DNA of 64,000 nucleotides from an uncultured bacterium (GTDB taxonomy: Bacteria; Krumholzibacteriota; Krumholzibacteriia; Krumholzibacteriales; Krumholzibacteriaceae): contig CAWFAD010000010.1 of assembly GCA_963813815.1 (NCBI GenBank), positions 96,001 through 160,000 on the forward strand, read 5' to 3'. The translations under genes and the position numbers were made by a program. The notes below the pieces were generated by a model. It ran no database searches, had not been told where the DNA came from, and saw only the letters and a list, made by a program, of their open reading frames with translations. Position 1 is the first letter of the stretch; each line of letters opens with the position of its first letter. Shown here piece after piece: positions 1 through 9,493 of this stretch.

Positions 1-1046
1 GAAGCTTCGGGCACCGGGGCGACGCCGTCGCGGAAATGCGGAATGATGATCGTCTGGTCGAACTCCTCGGGCACGACGCCCTCGTGGGTCGGAAGCTGAA
101 ACAAGAGGTCGTATTTTCCTATCGTGATGACGTCGCCGTCGGCGAGGGGCGCCGACGTGACGGGGGCGCCGTTCAGCAGGGTCCCGTTCTTGCTTGCGAG
201 ATCGCGGACGCGGTACTCGTCGCCGTCGGCCGAGACGGCGGCGTGCGCGCGGGATACGCTCAGATTATCGATCACGATGTCGTTGTCGGGGAGGCGCCCG
301 ATGGTGAGCTCCGCCGCGGACAGCGAATAGGTCTTGAGAGGCCGCCCCTTGAGCCGTACGACGAGCCGCGGGGGCTGGCTCAGGTAGTAGGACGAGATCG
401 ATCCGGCGAACCCGGCGGGAAGGGATCGCATGTCCTCCGCGTGGGTGACGGAGAGATCGCCGAAAAGATTGATCTCGAGCGGATGCTTGGCCGATATCGT
501 GTAGACGGTGACGAGAAAGTCCTCGCGCGGATCGCATCCCCGCCGCGCCGCGTCGAGGCGATCGTGGTAGCAGGCGACCGCCACGCCGTCCTGGTAGCGG
601 AGCACGACGAGGGTCGCCTGGTCGCGCGCGGTGAGAACCGCGCTCGAGCGCTCCTTCTTGATCCGGTCGAGGAGCTCGTCGAGATCGACGAGGGTCGAGG
701 CGACTTTGAGATCCGGTTTCTTTTGTCCCCATACGAGGAGCGAGTGGAAGAGCGCCATGTCGGCCCGGTACGCGACGACCTGAGGGAACTGCATCCGCCG
801 CAGACGGCTGAAGAACTCGCGGATCGGGATGGAGCGCGATCGTTCGCCGTCGTTGGCCGATATCCAGTAGAGCTGCCCGTCGCTCAGAAAGAGAAGGTAC
901 TGCATGTCGACGCTCGCGACCTCGATCACGACGGGCGCCGCGCGGCTCGCCACGAGCTGCTCGAGGCAGAGGGCGTCGAAATCGGCGGGATCGAGATCCC
1001 GCGGCTCGAGCAGAACGGACCGATACGGTATTTGCAGACGTACCAT
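1..1046 (-). CDS. FHA-domain protein (3'-truncated by the window edge; absent from the ORF track)
   Basis: ATG at 1046 (MVRLQIPYRSVLLEP...), open to the left edge; FHA motifs TIGRLPDNDIVIDNLSVSRAHA and RVRDLASKNGTLLNG. Confidence 0.85.
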   Translation of the reverse strand, partial: MVRLQIPYRSVLLEPRDLDPADFDALCLEQLVASRAAPVVIEVASVDMQYLLFLSDGQLYWISANDGERSRSIPIREFFSRLRRMQFPQVVAYRADMALFHSLLVWGQKKPDLKVASTLVDLDELLDRIKKERSSAVLTARDQATLVVLRYQDGVAVACYHDRLDAARRGCDPREDFLVTVYTISAKHPLEINLFGDLSVTHAEDMRSLPAGFAGSISSYYLSQPPRLVVRLKGRPLKTYSLSAAELTIGRLPDNDIVIDNLSVSRAHAAVSADGDEYRVRDLASKNGTLLNGAPVTSAPLADGDVITIGKYDLLFQLPTHEGVVPEEFDQTIIIPHFRDGVAPVPEA

Positions 1047-1070
1047 CGCTCGGGTCCCCCGAACCCGGCG

Positions 1071-2207
1071 CTATTTCACCTCGGCGTGGAAACGCCTGAG
1101 GTTGCGCCGTGCCTTTTCGTTCGCCGGGTCGATCTCGAGGGCCTTCTTCCAGGCCTCGATCGCCTCGTCGACCCGCTTCATCTTGTAGTACGCGTTGCCG
1201 AGGTTCGTGTACGCGGCGGCGTTGTCCTTGTTGCGGCCGATCGCCTCGTTGTACATCTCTATCGCCTCCGAGTACGATCCGAGGCGGTAGAAGACGAACC
1301 CGAGGTTGTTGTACGCGGCCGCGAGCTCCGGCTCGATCTCGATCGCCTTTTTGAAGGCCTCCGTCGCCAGCTTCGGCTCGTTCATCTCGGTGTAGGTCAG
1401 TCCGAGGTTGTTGTACGCCTCGGTCATCACCGGATCGATCTCGACCGCCTTGCGGAACATCTCGAGCGCCTTCTCGTACTGGCCGTTGTGGTACGAGAGA
1501 ACTCCGGCGTTGTTGATCCGCCGGGCCTCGGAGGTGCGGCGCTTGCGCCCCTCTTCCTCGAGGTTCCGCTTCTGGTACTCGACGATCTGCATGATTCCCT
1601 GGTGGCTGCGCGAGAGCTCGCCGACGATCTGGCGGTTCTCGACGAAACCCTCCTCGAGCTTGTCCATACGCGCGGCGAGCGCGTCCTTCCACGCCGTGAT
1701 TTCGCCGCGAAACGCCGCGATGGATTCGGCGCTCGCTTCGATCTTCCGCTCGATCTCCTCGCTGCGCGCGTCGAGCGTGAGGGAAAAGGCGTCGAACGAC
1801 TCGTCGCGCTGTTTCGCCGTCGCGCCGATGGCCTCGCGAAGCTCGTCGAGCGCCCGGCCGGCGTCGGCGCGGGCGGCGCCCTCGGCGCCGGAATCGGCCG
1901 CGGGGCGGGAGAACACGCTATCGAAGCGGCATCCGTTGGCCTCGGCGTCGTGGAACCGGCAGAGCTCTCCGAGGCATTCCACGCGTCCGCGGTACGCCTT
2001 GGCGATGAAGCGCACGGCCGAGGCCGTCTCTCCGCCCGCCGGCGCTCCGGCGTTCGCCTTCGGCTCGGGATTGATGAAGAGCGGATCGCCCGTCGCTCCC
2101 GGTTCCGGGTGATCCGGGGAGGATGCCTCGACGTCGTCCGGCTCGCGGACGAGCACGTCCTTGTCCTCGAGAATGCACGTCTGAGTGACGAACGGGCAGA
2201 TCTTCAT
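1071..2207 (-). CDS. TPR protein with Cys-rich N-terminus and probable coiled coil
   Basis: C-terminal TPR repeats (AYNNLGLTY, AYNNLGFVF, AYTNLGNAY); N-terminal CPF..C..C..C pattern; AGGAG upstream on the minus strand. Confidence 0.85.
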   Translation of the reverse strand: MKICPFVTQTCILEDKDVLVREPDDVEASSPDHPEPGATGDPLFINPEPKANAGAPAGGETASAVRFIAKAYRGRVECLGELCRFHDAEANGCRFDSVFSRPAADSGAEGAARADAGRALDELREAIGATAKQRDESFDAFSLTLDARSEEIERKIEASAESIAAFRGEITAWKDALAARMDKLEEGFVENRQIVGELSRSHQGIMQIVEYQKRNLEEEGRKRRTSEARRINNAGVLSYHNGQYEKALEMFRKAVEIDPVMTEAYNNLGLTYTEMNEPKLATEAFKKAIEIEPELAAAYNNLGFVFYRLGSYSEAIEMYNEAIGRNKDNAAAYTNLGNAYYKMKRVDEAIEAWKKALEIDPANEKARRNLRRFHAEVK

Positions 2208-2228
2208 GGTCGTTCTCCTTTGCTCCGT

Positions 2229-5200
2229 CTAGATCGATTCCGTTTTTACGATCGCGCACGCCGGCTCCTCGCACGATTCGGCGATGAACGCGGCGTAGTT
2301 GCGCGTCGAACGTTCGTGGCTGTCGCCGGGCGCGCCGGCGGCGGCGGCCGCCGCGAAGACGGCCGCGGCGCGGCCATGGTCGCCCGCGCGCTCGCGGGCG
2401 ATCCCCTCGAGATAGAGGGTGTCGAGCTTCATATCGGGAGAGAGAGAGTCGTTCCCCGCCGCTCCGGCGAGCGCCGCGCACGCCAGCACGGGCCGGTCCA
2501 TGGCGAGGTAGATGCGGCCGAGCAGCAGCGCGCGCGTTGCTTTCGGCACGGCGCTCCACAGAATCGTTTCGAGCGCCTCGGCGGCCCGTCCCCGATCGAT
2601 GAGAAGGCCGACGAGGAGCTCCGTCGCTCCGGAGAAGGCCGGCGCGGCGGCGACGCGGGAGGAGAGCGCGGCGATCATGCGGTCGGCCCACGCCAGGTAC
2701 GAGCGCTCGATGCGGGCGTAGACGGGCGATCGGTCCGGCGCGGCGGCGAGCGCCTCTTCGAAGATGCTCACCGCTCGCTCGGTTTCGCCCGCGCCGTGCA
2801 GGATCTCGGCGAGCTCCATGGTGAGGTCGAGCGCGTCTTCTCCGCCGAGCGTGCGTCTGCCCTCGTCGATGCGGCTCTGGGCCTCGTCGAGCCTTCCCGC
2901 TCCCGCGAGCAGCGAGGCGCCGAGAGAAAAGTGCTCGCGGCGCGGAGCGCGGGCGATGAGCGCGGAGATGCGGGAGATGATTTCGCCGAGGAGGATCGTG
3001 TCGGGGGCGGTGAACGAGGCGACGAGCGAGAACGCCTCGTCGAGGCGCCCCGCGGCCGTCAGGCAGTCGACGGCGAGGAGCGTCTTCGCGGAGGCGGTCT
3101 CGTCCGGCCACCGGTGTCCCTCGATCGCGGCGATGACGCCGTCCGCGCACGCCCCGTCGCGCTCGAGCGCCGCGCGGAGATGCGTGAGCGCCTCCGCGTG
3201 CCGGCCCGCGCGGGCCATGAGCGCGCCGTATCGCGCGAGGAACGCGCCGTCCCCGCCGTGCGCCGGCAGGAAGGGTTCCACGATCGTGGCGAGGCGCGCC
3301 GCGTCGGCCGTTTCGTCGGCCATGAGGCGGGCGAGCGCGTCGCGCGAGCGGGCCGGATCGCCCGCATCGAGGTGGAGGCGCGCGAGGAGAACGTTCGCGT
3401 CGAGTTGCGCCGGGGACGCGGCGATGATGCTCTGGAGAACGTCGCTCGCCGCCGGCGCGAGACCCCTGTCACGATCGAGAAGGGAGGAGAGCAGGGCAGA
3501 GGCTTCTCCGTATCGCTCCTCGAGCGTGAGAATGCGCGCGTGGAGAAGGCCGAGGCTTCCGTCTTCCGGCGCGGCCGCGCGGACGCGGTCGAGCGAGGCG
3601 GAGAAATCCGCGAGCGACTCGCGGGGGCCCCGCTCGGCGGAGGCGAACAGACGGAGCGCCTCCTCGCGGTTTCCCTCGAACCAGACGATCTCGCCGAGGA
3701 GCACGGCGAGGATCCATGGCTCCACGCTGAGCGGCAGCAGCCGCTGGAGGGTCGTTTTGACGAGGGTTCGGCGGTCCGGCGAGAGCTCGAGGCACCGCCG
3801 GAACGCGGCGACGGCCTCCCGTTCCCGGGCGAGCCGCGCGAGCGACTGGCCGAGCAGGAAGTGCGCGCGGGGTTCGCCCGGATCGCGTTCGACGAGGGCG
3901 CGAAGCTCGACTTCGATCCCGCGGACGTCCGGCTGCTCCGCCTCGAGAGCGATTTCGAGGCAGCGGAGCGCCTCTTCATAGGCGCCCTCGGCGACCGAGA
4001 TGCGCGCGCCGTGGATATGGAGGGCGGCGGCCGCTTCGATCGGCAGGGCCGAGACGGCGCGCTTCATGATTTCCTTGGCGAGGTTCGTCCGGTGCACGGA
4101 GAGCGAGGTCGCGATCATCGTCTCCCAGACAGCCACGTTATCCGGCTCGAGCTCGACGAGCCGGTCGAACCGCTGCATGATGTCGCGTATCTGGCCCGGT
4201 TCGATCTCGAGCGCGCGGCAGAGGTGGCGCGCCGCCTCCGCGGGCGACTGCGCGTCGAGGTAGAGATGGTAGAGGGCGATATGAAGAGCCGCGCTTTCGC
4301 CGGAACGGGCGATCGCGCCGCGATAGAGATCGATGACCTTTCCGCGGAGACCTTCGTCGAGCATCATGAGCTGGTCGAATTCGAAGACGGCCCGTTCGAT
4401 GTCCCCGATCCGCAGGTGAGCCGCGGCGCGCGCGAAGCGGAGCGGCGGAGAGAGCTCCTCCCCGGCCGCCATGGCGTCGAGGAGGCCCGCGAGGAACCGT
4501 GAACGCTCCCCGTCCTCGCCCGCGAGATCCGCGAGCTCGGCCGCGAGGGGTTCGTGCTCGCCGCCGCCGTCGCGGCAGTACGCCGCGAGGTGGGGGAGCG
4601 CCTCGTCGATCGCGCCGCGCCGCATGGCGATGTCGATCGCGGTGGCGACGCCGGCGAGGGAGACTCCGCAGCGCCGCATGATCTCTCCGGCGAGCCGCAT
4701 GAGATCCTCCTCGGGGAGGCCTCCGACGCGCCTGAGGAGCCCGAGCGACTCCTCCGCGCTCTCGCGGTCGCCGAGCCGCGCGTAGAGCTCGCCGAGAAGC
4801 ATGACGAGCCTCGGATCGCGCTCCGCCGGGGGCGCCGTGAGCGCCTTGATCGATTGGACGAGGCCGGGCACCGCCGTTTCGTCGCCGTCCGCGGCGAGAC
4901 GCGCGGCGCGCGCCGCGTCTTCCATGCGGCCGGAGGCGGCGTAGAGGCGCGCGAGGAGATTCTGGCCCGGCGCGGACGGCGCCTTCGCCTCGCGCGGTTC
5001 GAGCCAGGCGACGACCTCGTTCGCTCGGCCGGGATCCCGCTCGAGGGAGGTCTCGAGGGCTGCGACCGCGTCCTTCATTTGTCCGATGGCGGCGGCGGCG
5101 TCGGCGTAGAGAAAAGCGACGGGACCTTCGGCGAAAACGTCCGCCGGAAGGATGGCGAGCCGGCACGCGACGCGCCGGCACCGCTCGTCGCTCGAAACGG

Positions 5201-6092
5201 CGGCGTCCCCGTCGCCCGCGGCGGTTCCACGTTCCATGTAGCTTTTGATCGCCGAGGCGCCTTCCGCGAAGCGCCGGGCGCGGATGAGCGCCTCTCCCAC
5301 GAGCAGGAGCCCGTTCGGAACCGATTGCGGCGCCGCCTCGAGCGCTCCGAGAATGCCTTCCACGGGGGCGGACGGGCGCTCCAGGCACTGGAAGAAACGC
5401 GTTTCCGCCTTGTCCGGATGTCCGAGCCGCAGGGAGGCGAGGGCGACGTAAAACTTGACGGCGGCGCTTCCGGGAAGCTCGCTCTCGAGCCTGAGGAGAG
5501 CCTCTCCGATGGGCCGCTCGTCGCCGGGAAGGAGCTCGAGCGCGGCGCGCAGCATCTCGGCCGATTTCTCGTACTGCTTCGCTTCGCGGTACAGCACGCC
5601 GAGCAGCAGCGCGTTCTCGCCGTAGAGGGCGGATCGCTCCTGACCTTCCGAGGCGAGATTGCGCGAGCGCGCCTCGCCGCGCTTCAGGAGCTCGCTCCTG
5701 AAGGATTCGGGGGCGGAGCCGGCGAGATGGGCGATCGTCTCGAAATCTCTGGCCTTGAGCTGCACGTCGACGATGAAGGCGCCGACGAGCGTGCTTCCCG
5801 AGCGCGAGAACGCGCTCCGGGCGCACTCCATGATCTCGTCGCGCCTCGCGCCGTGCCGCCGGTGCGCGTTCTTCAGGAGGTTGGCCGCCTGCGGATAGTC
5901 CGAGAGCTCGAGGGAGGCCTGAATCGCCTCCATCGCGAGGTCGTAGTCGTTCGGCCACTTTTCGAGAGCCTCGAGCGCGTGCTGGCGCGCCTTCGCGAGC
6001 TCGCCGCGCTCGCGGTCTTGCAGCACTCTCTTGAGGGCCCGTTCCTGCGTGAGGAAGATCGACCCCGACACCATTTCACCGATGTTCGCCAT
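2229..6092 (-). CDS. Large TPR/alpha-solenoid protein (1287 aa)
   Basis: Long Ala/Leu-rich helical ORF with TPR-like units (AHFLLGQSLARL...EAVAAFRRCLELSP); first gene of the minus-strand operon. Confidence 0.8.
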   Translation of the reverse strand: MANIGEMVSGSIFLTQERALKRVLQDRERGELAKARQHALEALEKWPNDYDLAMEAIQASLELSDYPQAANLLKNAHRRHGARRDEIMECARSAFSRSGSTLVGAFIVDVQLKARDFETIAHLAGSAPESFRSELLKRGEARSRNLASEGQERSALYGENALLLGVLYREAKQYEKSAEMLRAALELLPGDERPIGEALLRLESELPGSAAVKFYVALASLRLGHPDKAETRFFQCLERPSAPVEGILGALEAAPQSVPNGLLLVGEALIRARRFAEGASAIKSYMERGTAAGDGDAAVSSDERCRRVACRLAILPADVFAEGPVAFLYADAAAAIGQMKDAVAALETSLERDPGRANEVVAWLEPREAKAPSAPGQNLLARLYAASGRMEDAARAARLAADGDETAVPGLVQSIKALTAPPAERDPRLVMLLGELYARLGDRESAEESLGLLRRVGGLPEEDLMRLAGEIMRRCGVSLAGVATAIDIAMRRGAIDEALPHLAAYCRDGGGEHEPLAAELADLAGEDGERSRFLAGLLDAMAAGEELSPPLRFARAAAHLRIGDIERAVFEFDQLMMLDEGLRGKVIDLYRGAIARSGESAALHIALYHLYLDAQSPAEAARHLCRALEIEPGQIRDIMQRFDRLVELEPDNVAVWETMIATSLSVHRTNLAKEIMKRAVSALPIEAAAALHIHGARISVAEGAYEEALRCLEIALEAEQPDVRGIEVELRALVERDPGEPRAHFLLGQSLARLAREREAVAAFRRCLELSPDRRTLVKTTLQRLLPLSVEPWILAVLLGEIVWFEGNREEALRLFASAERGPRESLADFSASLDRVRAAAPEDGSLGLLHARILTLEERYGEASALLSSLLDRDRGLAPAASDVLQSIIAASPAQLDANVLLARLHLDAGDPARSRDALARLMADETADAARLATIVEPFLPAHGGDGAFLARYGALMARAGRHAEALTHLRAALERDGACADGVIAAIEGHRWPDETASAKTLLAVDCLTAAGRLDEAFSLVASFTAPDTILLGEIISRISALIARAPRREHFSLGASLLAGAGRLDEAQSRIDEGRRTLGGEDALDLTMELAEILHGAGETERAVSIFEEALAAAPDRSPVYARIERSYLAWADRMIAALSSRVAAAPAFSGATELLVGLLIDRGRAAEALETILWSAVPKATRALLLGRIYLAMDRPVLACAALAGAAGNDSLSPDMKLDTLYLEGIARERAGDHGRAAAVFAAAAAAGAPGDSHERSTRNYAAFIAESCEEPACAIVKTESI

Positions 6093-6127
6093 AGTTATAC
6101 CGATGCGATTGAATCCACGATATTGTC

Positions 6128-6143
6128 AGCGAAATGCGTACCA
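6128..6143 (-). promoter_or_regulatory. Putative sigma-54 (-24/-12) promoter of the TPR-TPR-FHA operon
   Basis: Minus strand reads TGGTACGCATTTCGCT (GG-N10-GC), about 36 nt upstream of the ATG at 6092. Confidence 0.45.
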
Positions 6144-6302
6144 TTCGCCGGGGGCGGCGCCGGCTTCTTTAATCGTTGATAAATCGCGAGGTTAGATGTA
6201 CAGTATGCGGGGGGCGGCTCGAGGTAAGCCCCTGTCAACGTTGCAATTTGCGAGGACGGCGATCCCATGCTGCCACGCCGCGCGGCAGCCTCGGAGGGTT
6301 TC

Positions 6303-6683
6303 ATGGCGGGACGGTACCTGATCGCGACCGAGATAACGTTCTCCGCTTCGCACGCCTTGCGGGCGTACCGGGGAGACTGCGCCCGCGTGCACGGGCACAA
6401 CTGGATCGCGCGCGTCTGCTACGAGTTCGATCGTCTCGATGACGAGGGGCTCACGGTCGATTACCGGGAGCTTCGCGCGGCGCTCGAACGGGTCATCCTG
6501 CCGCGCTTCGATCATCGCCACCTCAACGAGGTCGCCCCGTTCGATCGCGTCAACCCGACCTCCGAGAATATCGCCGCCGAGATCTATAGGATCTGCCGCG
6601 CGGAGATCTCCCTCGGCGGCGCGCTCCGCGAGGTCGAGCTCTGGGAATCTCCGACGGACATGGTGCGCTACCGTGAGGATTGA
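6303..6683 (+). CDS. queD: 6-carboxytetrahydropterin synthase
   Basis: FSASHAL...CARVHGHNW, FDHRHLNE, NPTSENIA and ELWESPT motifs. Confidence 0.93.
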   Translation: MAGRYLIATEITFSASHALRAYRGDCARVHGHNWIARVCYEFDRLDDEGLTVDYRELRAALERVILPRFDHRHLNEVAPFDRVNPTSENIAAEIYRICRAEISLGGALREVELWESPTDMVRYRED

Positions 6684-7367
6684 CCGGGGGTCGCCGGGAC
6701 GCGCCCTCGCGCTGCTCTCGGGGGGCTCGATTCCACCGTCGCGCTCGCGATGGCCGTCGAGCGCGGTCCTCGACCCGTCGCGGCGCTCTTCTTCGACTAC
6801 GGCCAGCACGCGGCTCGCCGCGAGGCGGCGGCCGCGCGGTGGATAGCGGCGCGGTACGGCTGCGCCTTCGAACGCGTGGCGCTCCCGTGGCTCGCCCGCG
6901 AGTCGGGATCGTCCCTCATTGCGGGAAAGGGCTCGCCGCCCCGGTGGCGGCGCTCGAGGCTCGCCGACGCCTCCCCGCGCGGTGTCTGGGTGGAGAACCG
7001 CAACGGCATCTTCATCGCCATCGCCGCGCTCTACGCGGCCGAAAGGGGCTGCGGCACGGTGATCGTCGGCTTCAACCGCGAGGAGGCGCGCGCCTTTCCC
7101 GACAACACGGAGCGATTCCTCCGGCGCGCGAACGACGCGCTCGAGCTCTCCGTGCGCGCGGCGGTCCGCGTCGCGAGTCCGACGGTCCGTCTCACGAAGC
7201 GCGGGATCGTGCGGCGGGGAATCGAGCTCGGCGTGCCGTGGAGCCGCCTGTGGAGCTGCTATCGCGGCGCGGCGCGGATGTGCGGATCGTGCGAGTCGTG
7301 TCTTCATCTGCGGAGGGCCGTCGCGGGAACCGAGGCCGAGCGGCTCGTCCGTTTTGGAAAGGAATAG
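6673..7367 (+). CDS. queC: 7-cyano-7-deazaguanine synthase, with an apparent 1-nt deletion in the G-run at 6720-6725
   Basis: ALALLSGG and LDSTVALAM lie in different frames across a 6-G run; FDYGQH, VWVENRNGIF, FPDN, WSCY...CGSCESC. Confidence 0.88.
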
Positions 7368-7369
7368 CC

Positions 7370-7951
7370 ATGGCATCCGGCTCCTTCGGGCTCGTCCAGA
7401 CGGCGTTTCTTCCCGGCGCGACCGCGTACACGGGAGCGGAGCTCCGGAGCCATTACGTTCGGGAGCGCGGGCGCATCGAGAGCGACGGGCTCATCGCCTT
7501 CATCGGCCCCTGCGGCGTCGGGAGCGACCGCCTCGTCGATCTCGAGGACGCGGAGGCCGGCAGCTCGATCGTGAGCGCGCGTATGGTTCATTTCATCGGC
7601 GAGCACTTCCAGTGCTCTCTCCGCGAGGCGAATCTCCGCCTGCGCCTGCTCGTCTCGATCGCCGCCGGCGCGCTCTCGGAGATGGCGCCGCGCTCCATGG
7701 TCGTCCGTCGCGGCGACGACCTCTTCGCGGGAGACCGGAAGCTGAGCGTCGCGATCGCCACGGCCACCCCCGTCTCCGCGGTGTTTCATTTCGGCGTGAA
7801 CGACGATCCGCAGGGCGCTCCCGTCAAGGCGATCGGTCTCGCCGAGCTCGGCGTGGACGCGCGCTCGTTCGCGCTCGCCCTGCTCGATCGCTACGCCGCC
7901 GAATGCGAATCGATCGAGCGCGCGCTGCGAAAGGTGAGGGGGGTTCCGTGA
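7370..7951 (+). CDS. DUF366-family protein
   Basis: YTGAELRSHY...FIGPC...LVDLED...MVHFIGEHF...GDDL...RKLSVAIAT pattern recalled for DUF366; lies between queC and queE. Confidence 0.75.
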   Translation: MASGSFGLVQTAFLPGATAYTGAELRSHYVRERGRIESDGLIAFIGPCGVGSDRLVDLEDAEAGSSIVSARMVHFIGEHFQCSLREANLRLRLLVSIAAGALSEMAPRSMVVRRGDDLFAGDRKLSVAIATATPVSAVFHFGVNDDPQGAPVKAIGLAELGVDARSFALALLDRYAAECESIERALRKVRGVP

Positions 7952-8691
7952 TCGCCGGGGCGGAGGGATACGTTCACGAGATCTTCCGTTCGATTCAGGG
8001 AGAGGGTCCCTGGGTCGGCGTGCTTCAGGCCTTCGTGCGGCTCGGCGGATGCTCGGCGCGGTGCCGCTACTGCGACACGGCGGCGGCCCGGGAGCGCTCT
8101 CCGTCGTGCGTGCTTCGCGGCGAGGGCGGGCCGAGGAGCGTTCCGAATCCGGTGGGCTCCGATGAGGTCGCCTCGTTCGTTCGGGCGCTCGCGAACGCCC
8201 CCGGGTTCCATTCGCTCAGCGTGACCGGCGGGGAGCCGCTCGAGCAGCCGGAGTTCGTCGCGGCGCTCGCCGCGCGCTGTCGCGAGGCGGGAATCCCCGT
8301 TTATCTCGAGACGAACGGCCTCTCCGTCGAGGGAGCCCGCGCCGTGGCCGGCGCCGTCGATTTCGTCTCGCTCGACATCAAGCTTCCCTCGCTCTGCCCC
8401 GGCGTATCGCTCGAGACCTACCGCGAGGTGCTTCCCCTCTGGACGGGCGCGCGGCTCTTCTGCAAGATCGTCGTCGCGGAAGGCTTCTCCATGGAAGAGC
8501 TCGCCGCGGCGGCGAACATCGTCGCGGAGCACGACCGCGGCACGACGGTCGTCATCCAGCCCGCGACCGCGACGGCGGGATGCAGACCGGTCGGCGCCGG
8601 CGAGCTCATGGCATGCCACGAGATCGCCTCGCGCAGTCTCGACGATGTCCGTGTGATTCCTCAGTGCCACCGCATTCTGGGGCTCGCGTAG
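7948..8691 (+). CDS. queE: 7-carboxy-7-deazaguanine synthase (radical SAM)
   Basis: EIFRSIQGEG, FVRLGGCSARCRYCDT (CxxxCxxC), SVTGGEPL, YLETNG, IPQCH. Confidence 0.92.
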   Translation: MIAGAEGYVHEIFRSIQGEGPWVGVLQAFVRLGGCSARCRYCDTAAARERSPSCVLRGEGGPRSVPNPVGSDEVASFVRALANAPGFHSLSVTGGEPLEQPEFVAALAARCREAGIPVYLETNGLSVEGARAVAGAVDFVSLDIKLPSLCPGVSLETYREVLPLWTGARLFCKIVVAEGFSMEELAAAANIVAEHDRGTTVVIQPATATAGCRPVGAGELMACHEIASRSLDDVRVIPQCHRILGLA

Positions 8692-9001
8692 CAATAAAAA
8701 ACGCTGCGAGATGATACGATGCAGGGTCGGGTTCGTGAAGGCGGCGACCATCTCGCAGCGCTCCCGAAAAAAGCAAGGGCTGTACCAATCGGGGCGCGAG
8801 GAGAGCGGGCGTCGGCGCAACGGCATGGCCGGAAACACGTTCCCCGGGAGGCGCATTTTTCGCGCGCCGTCCGGGCGCTCCGATGATTTCTCATCGTTCC
8901 CCGGCGGGTCTCCCGCCGGGAGCGCCGTTTCGCTCTTTTGCATGAGGGGCGTGCGCCGCTGCACGGCGCGAGCGCGCGGAAGCCGCCTCCTCAGAAAAAA
9001 C

Positions 9002-9040
9002 TTGACAAGCTTCTTGTCCTAAATTAAAAACTGTTATATA
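9002..9040 (+). promoter_or_regulatory. Putative sigma-70 promoter of the HU gene
   Basis: TTGACA at 9002-9007 followed by AT-rich -10 candidates (TAAAAA at 17-nt spacing; TATATA at 9035-9040). Confidence 0.5.
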
Positions 9041-9106
9041 GTTGCGACCGATTCAACCGCATAGGGAGAGGATTCACAACCCTGGATTATTTCAAGGAGG
9101 CCCCAA

Positions 9107-9385
9107 ATGACGAAGGCAGAGATCGTGGAGAACATTTCCAGCAAAACAGGGTTGACGAAGAAGGAAGTGGCGGAGGCGGTCAACAAGTTCCTCGATTGCA
9201 TCGCGAAGGGCCTCGCCGAGGGAAAGCACTATGAAATCCGCGGGTTCGGGACGTTCAAGGTAAAGGCCCGCAAGTCCCGCATGGCCAGAAATCCGCGGAC
9301 CGGCGACGCGGTGCCCGTTCCCGATCGCAGGGTGCCCGTGTTCAAGGTGTCGCGCGAGCTCAAGGAGCTCGTCGCCCAGTCTTGA
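9107..9385 (+). CDS. hup: HU/IHF-family DNA-binding protein
   Basis: MTKAEIV...IRGFGTF...RMARNPRTG...PVFK; AAGGAGG RBS. Confidence 0.92.
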   Translation: MTKAEIVENISSKTGLTKKEVAEAVNKFLDCIAKGLAEGKHYEIRGFGTFKVKARKSRMARNPRTGDAVPVPDRRVPVFKVSRELKELVAQS

Positions 9386-9419
9386 CGCCGGGTTCGCGCG
9401 TATTCTCAACCTTTTATAG

Positions 9420-9463
9420 ATCCGTCGCTCCGTGAATCCCGCCGGGGAGCGGTGGATTTTTTT
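9420..9463 (+). terminator. Intrinsic terminator after HU
   Basis: ATCCGTCGCTCC...GGAGCGGTGGAT stem followed by a T-tract. Confidence 0.65.
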
Positions 9464-9493
9464 CGGAGCGGCGCGCCGGAGGCGCGGAGCGCA

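Noticed and set aside
36..4502. 1488-aa plus-strand ORF
   Set aside because: Antisense shadow of the TPR/FHA genes; Arg/Gly-rich with no motifs, typical of high-GC DNA
6180..6302. preQ1 riboswitch upstream of queD
   Set aside because: No matching stem with the A-rich 3' tail could be seen
6303..8691. Dpd DNA-modification island
   Set aside because: No dpdA/tgt-like or dpdB-K genes in the window; housekeeping context
8715..8760. SRP RNA or 6S RNA
   Set aside because: Only superficial resemblance; the conserved AGG/GCAG internal loop of SRP and the 6S motif order are absent
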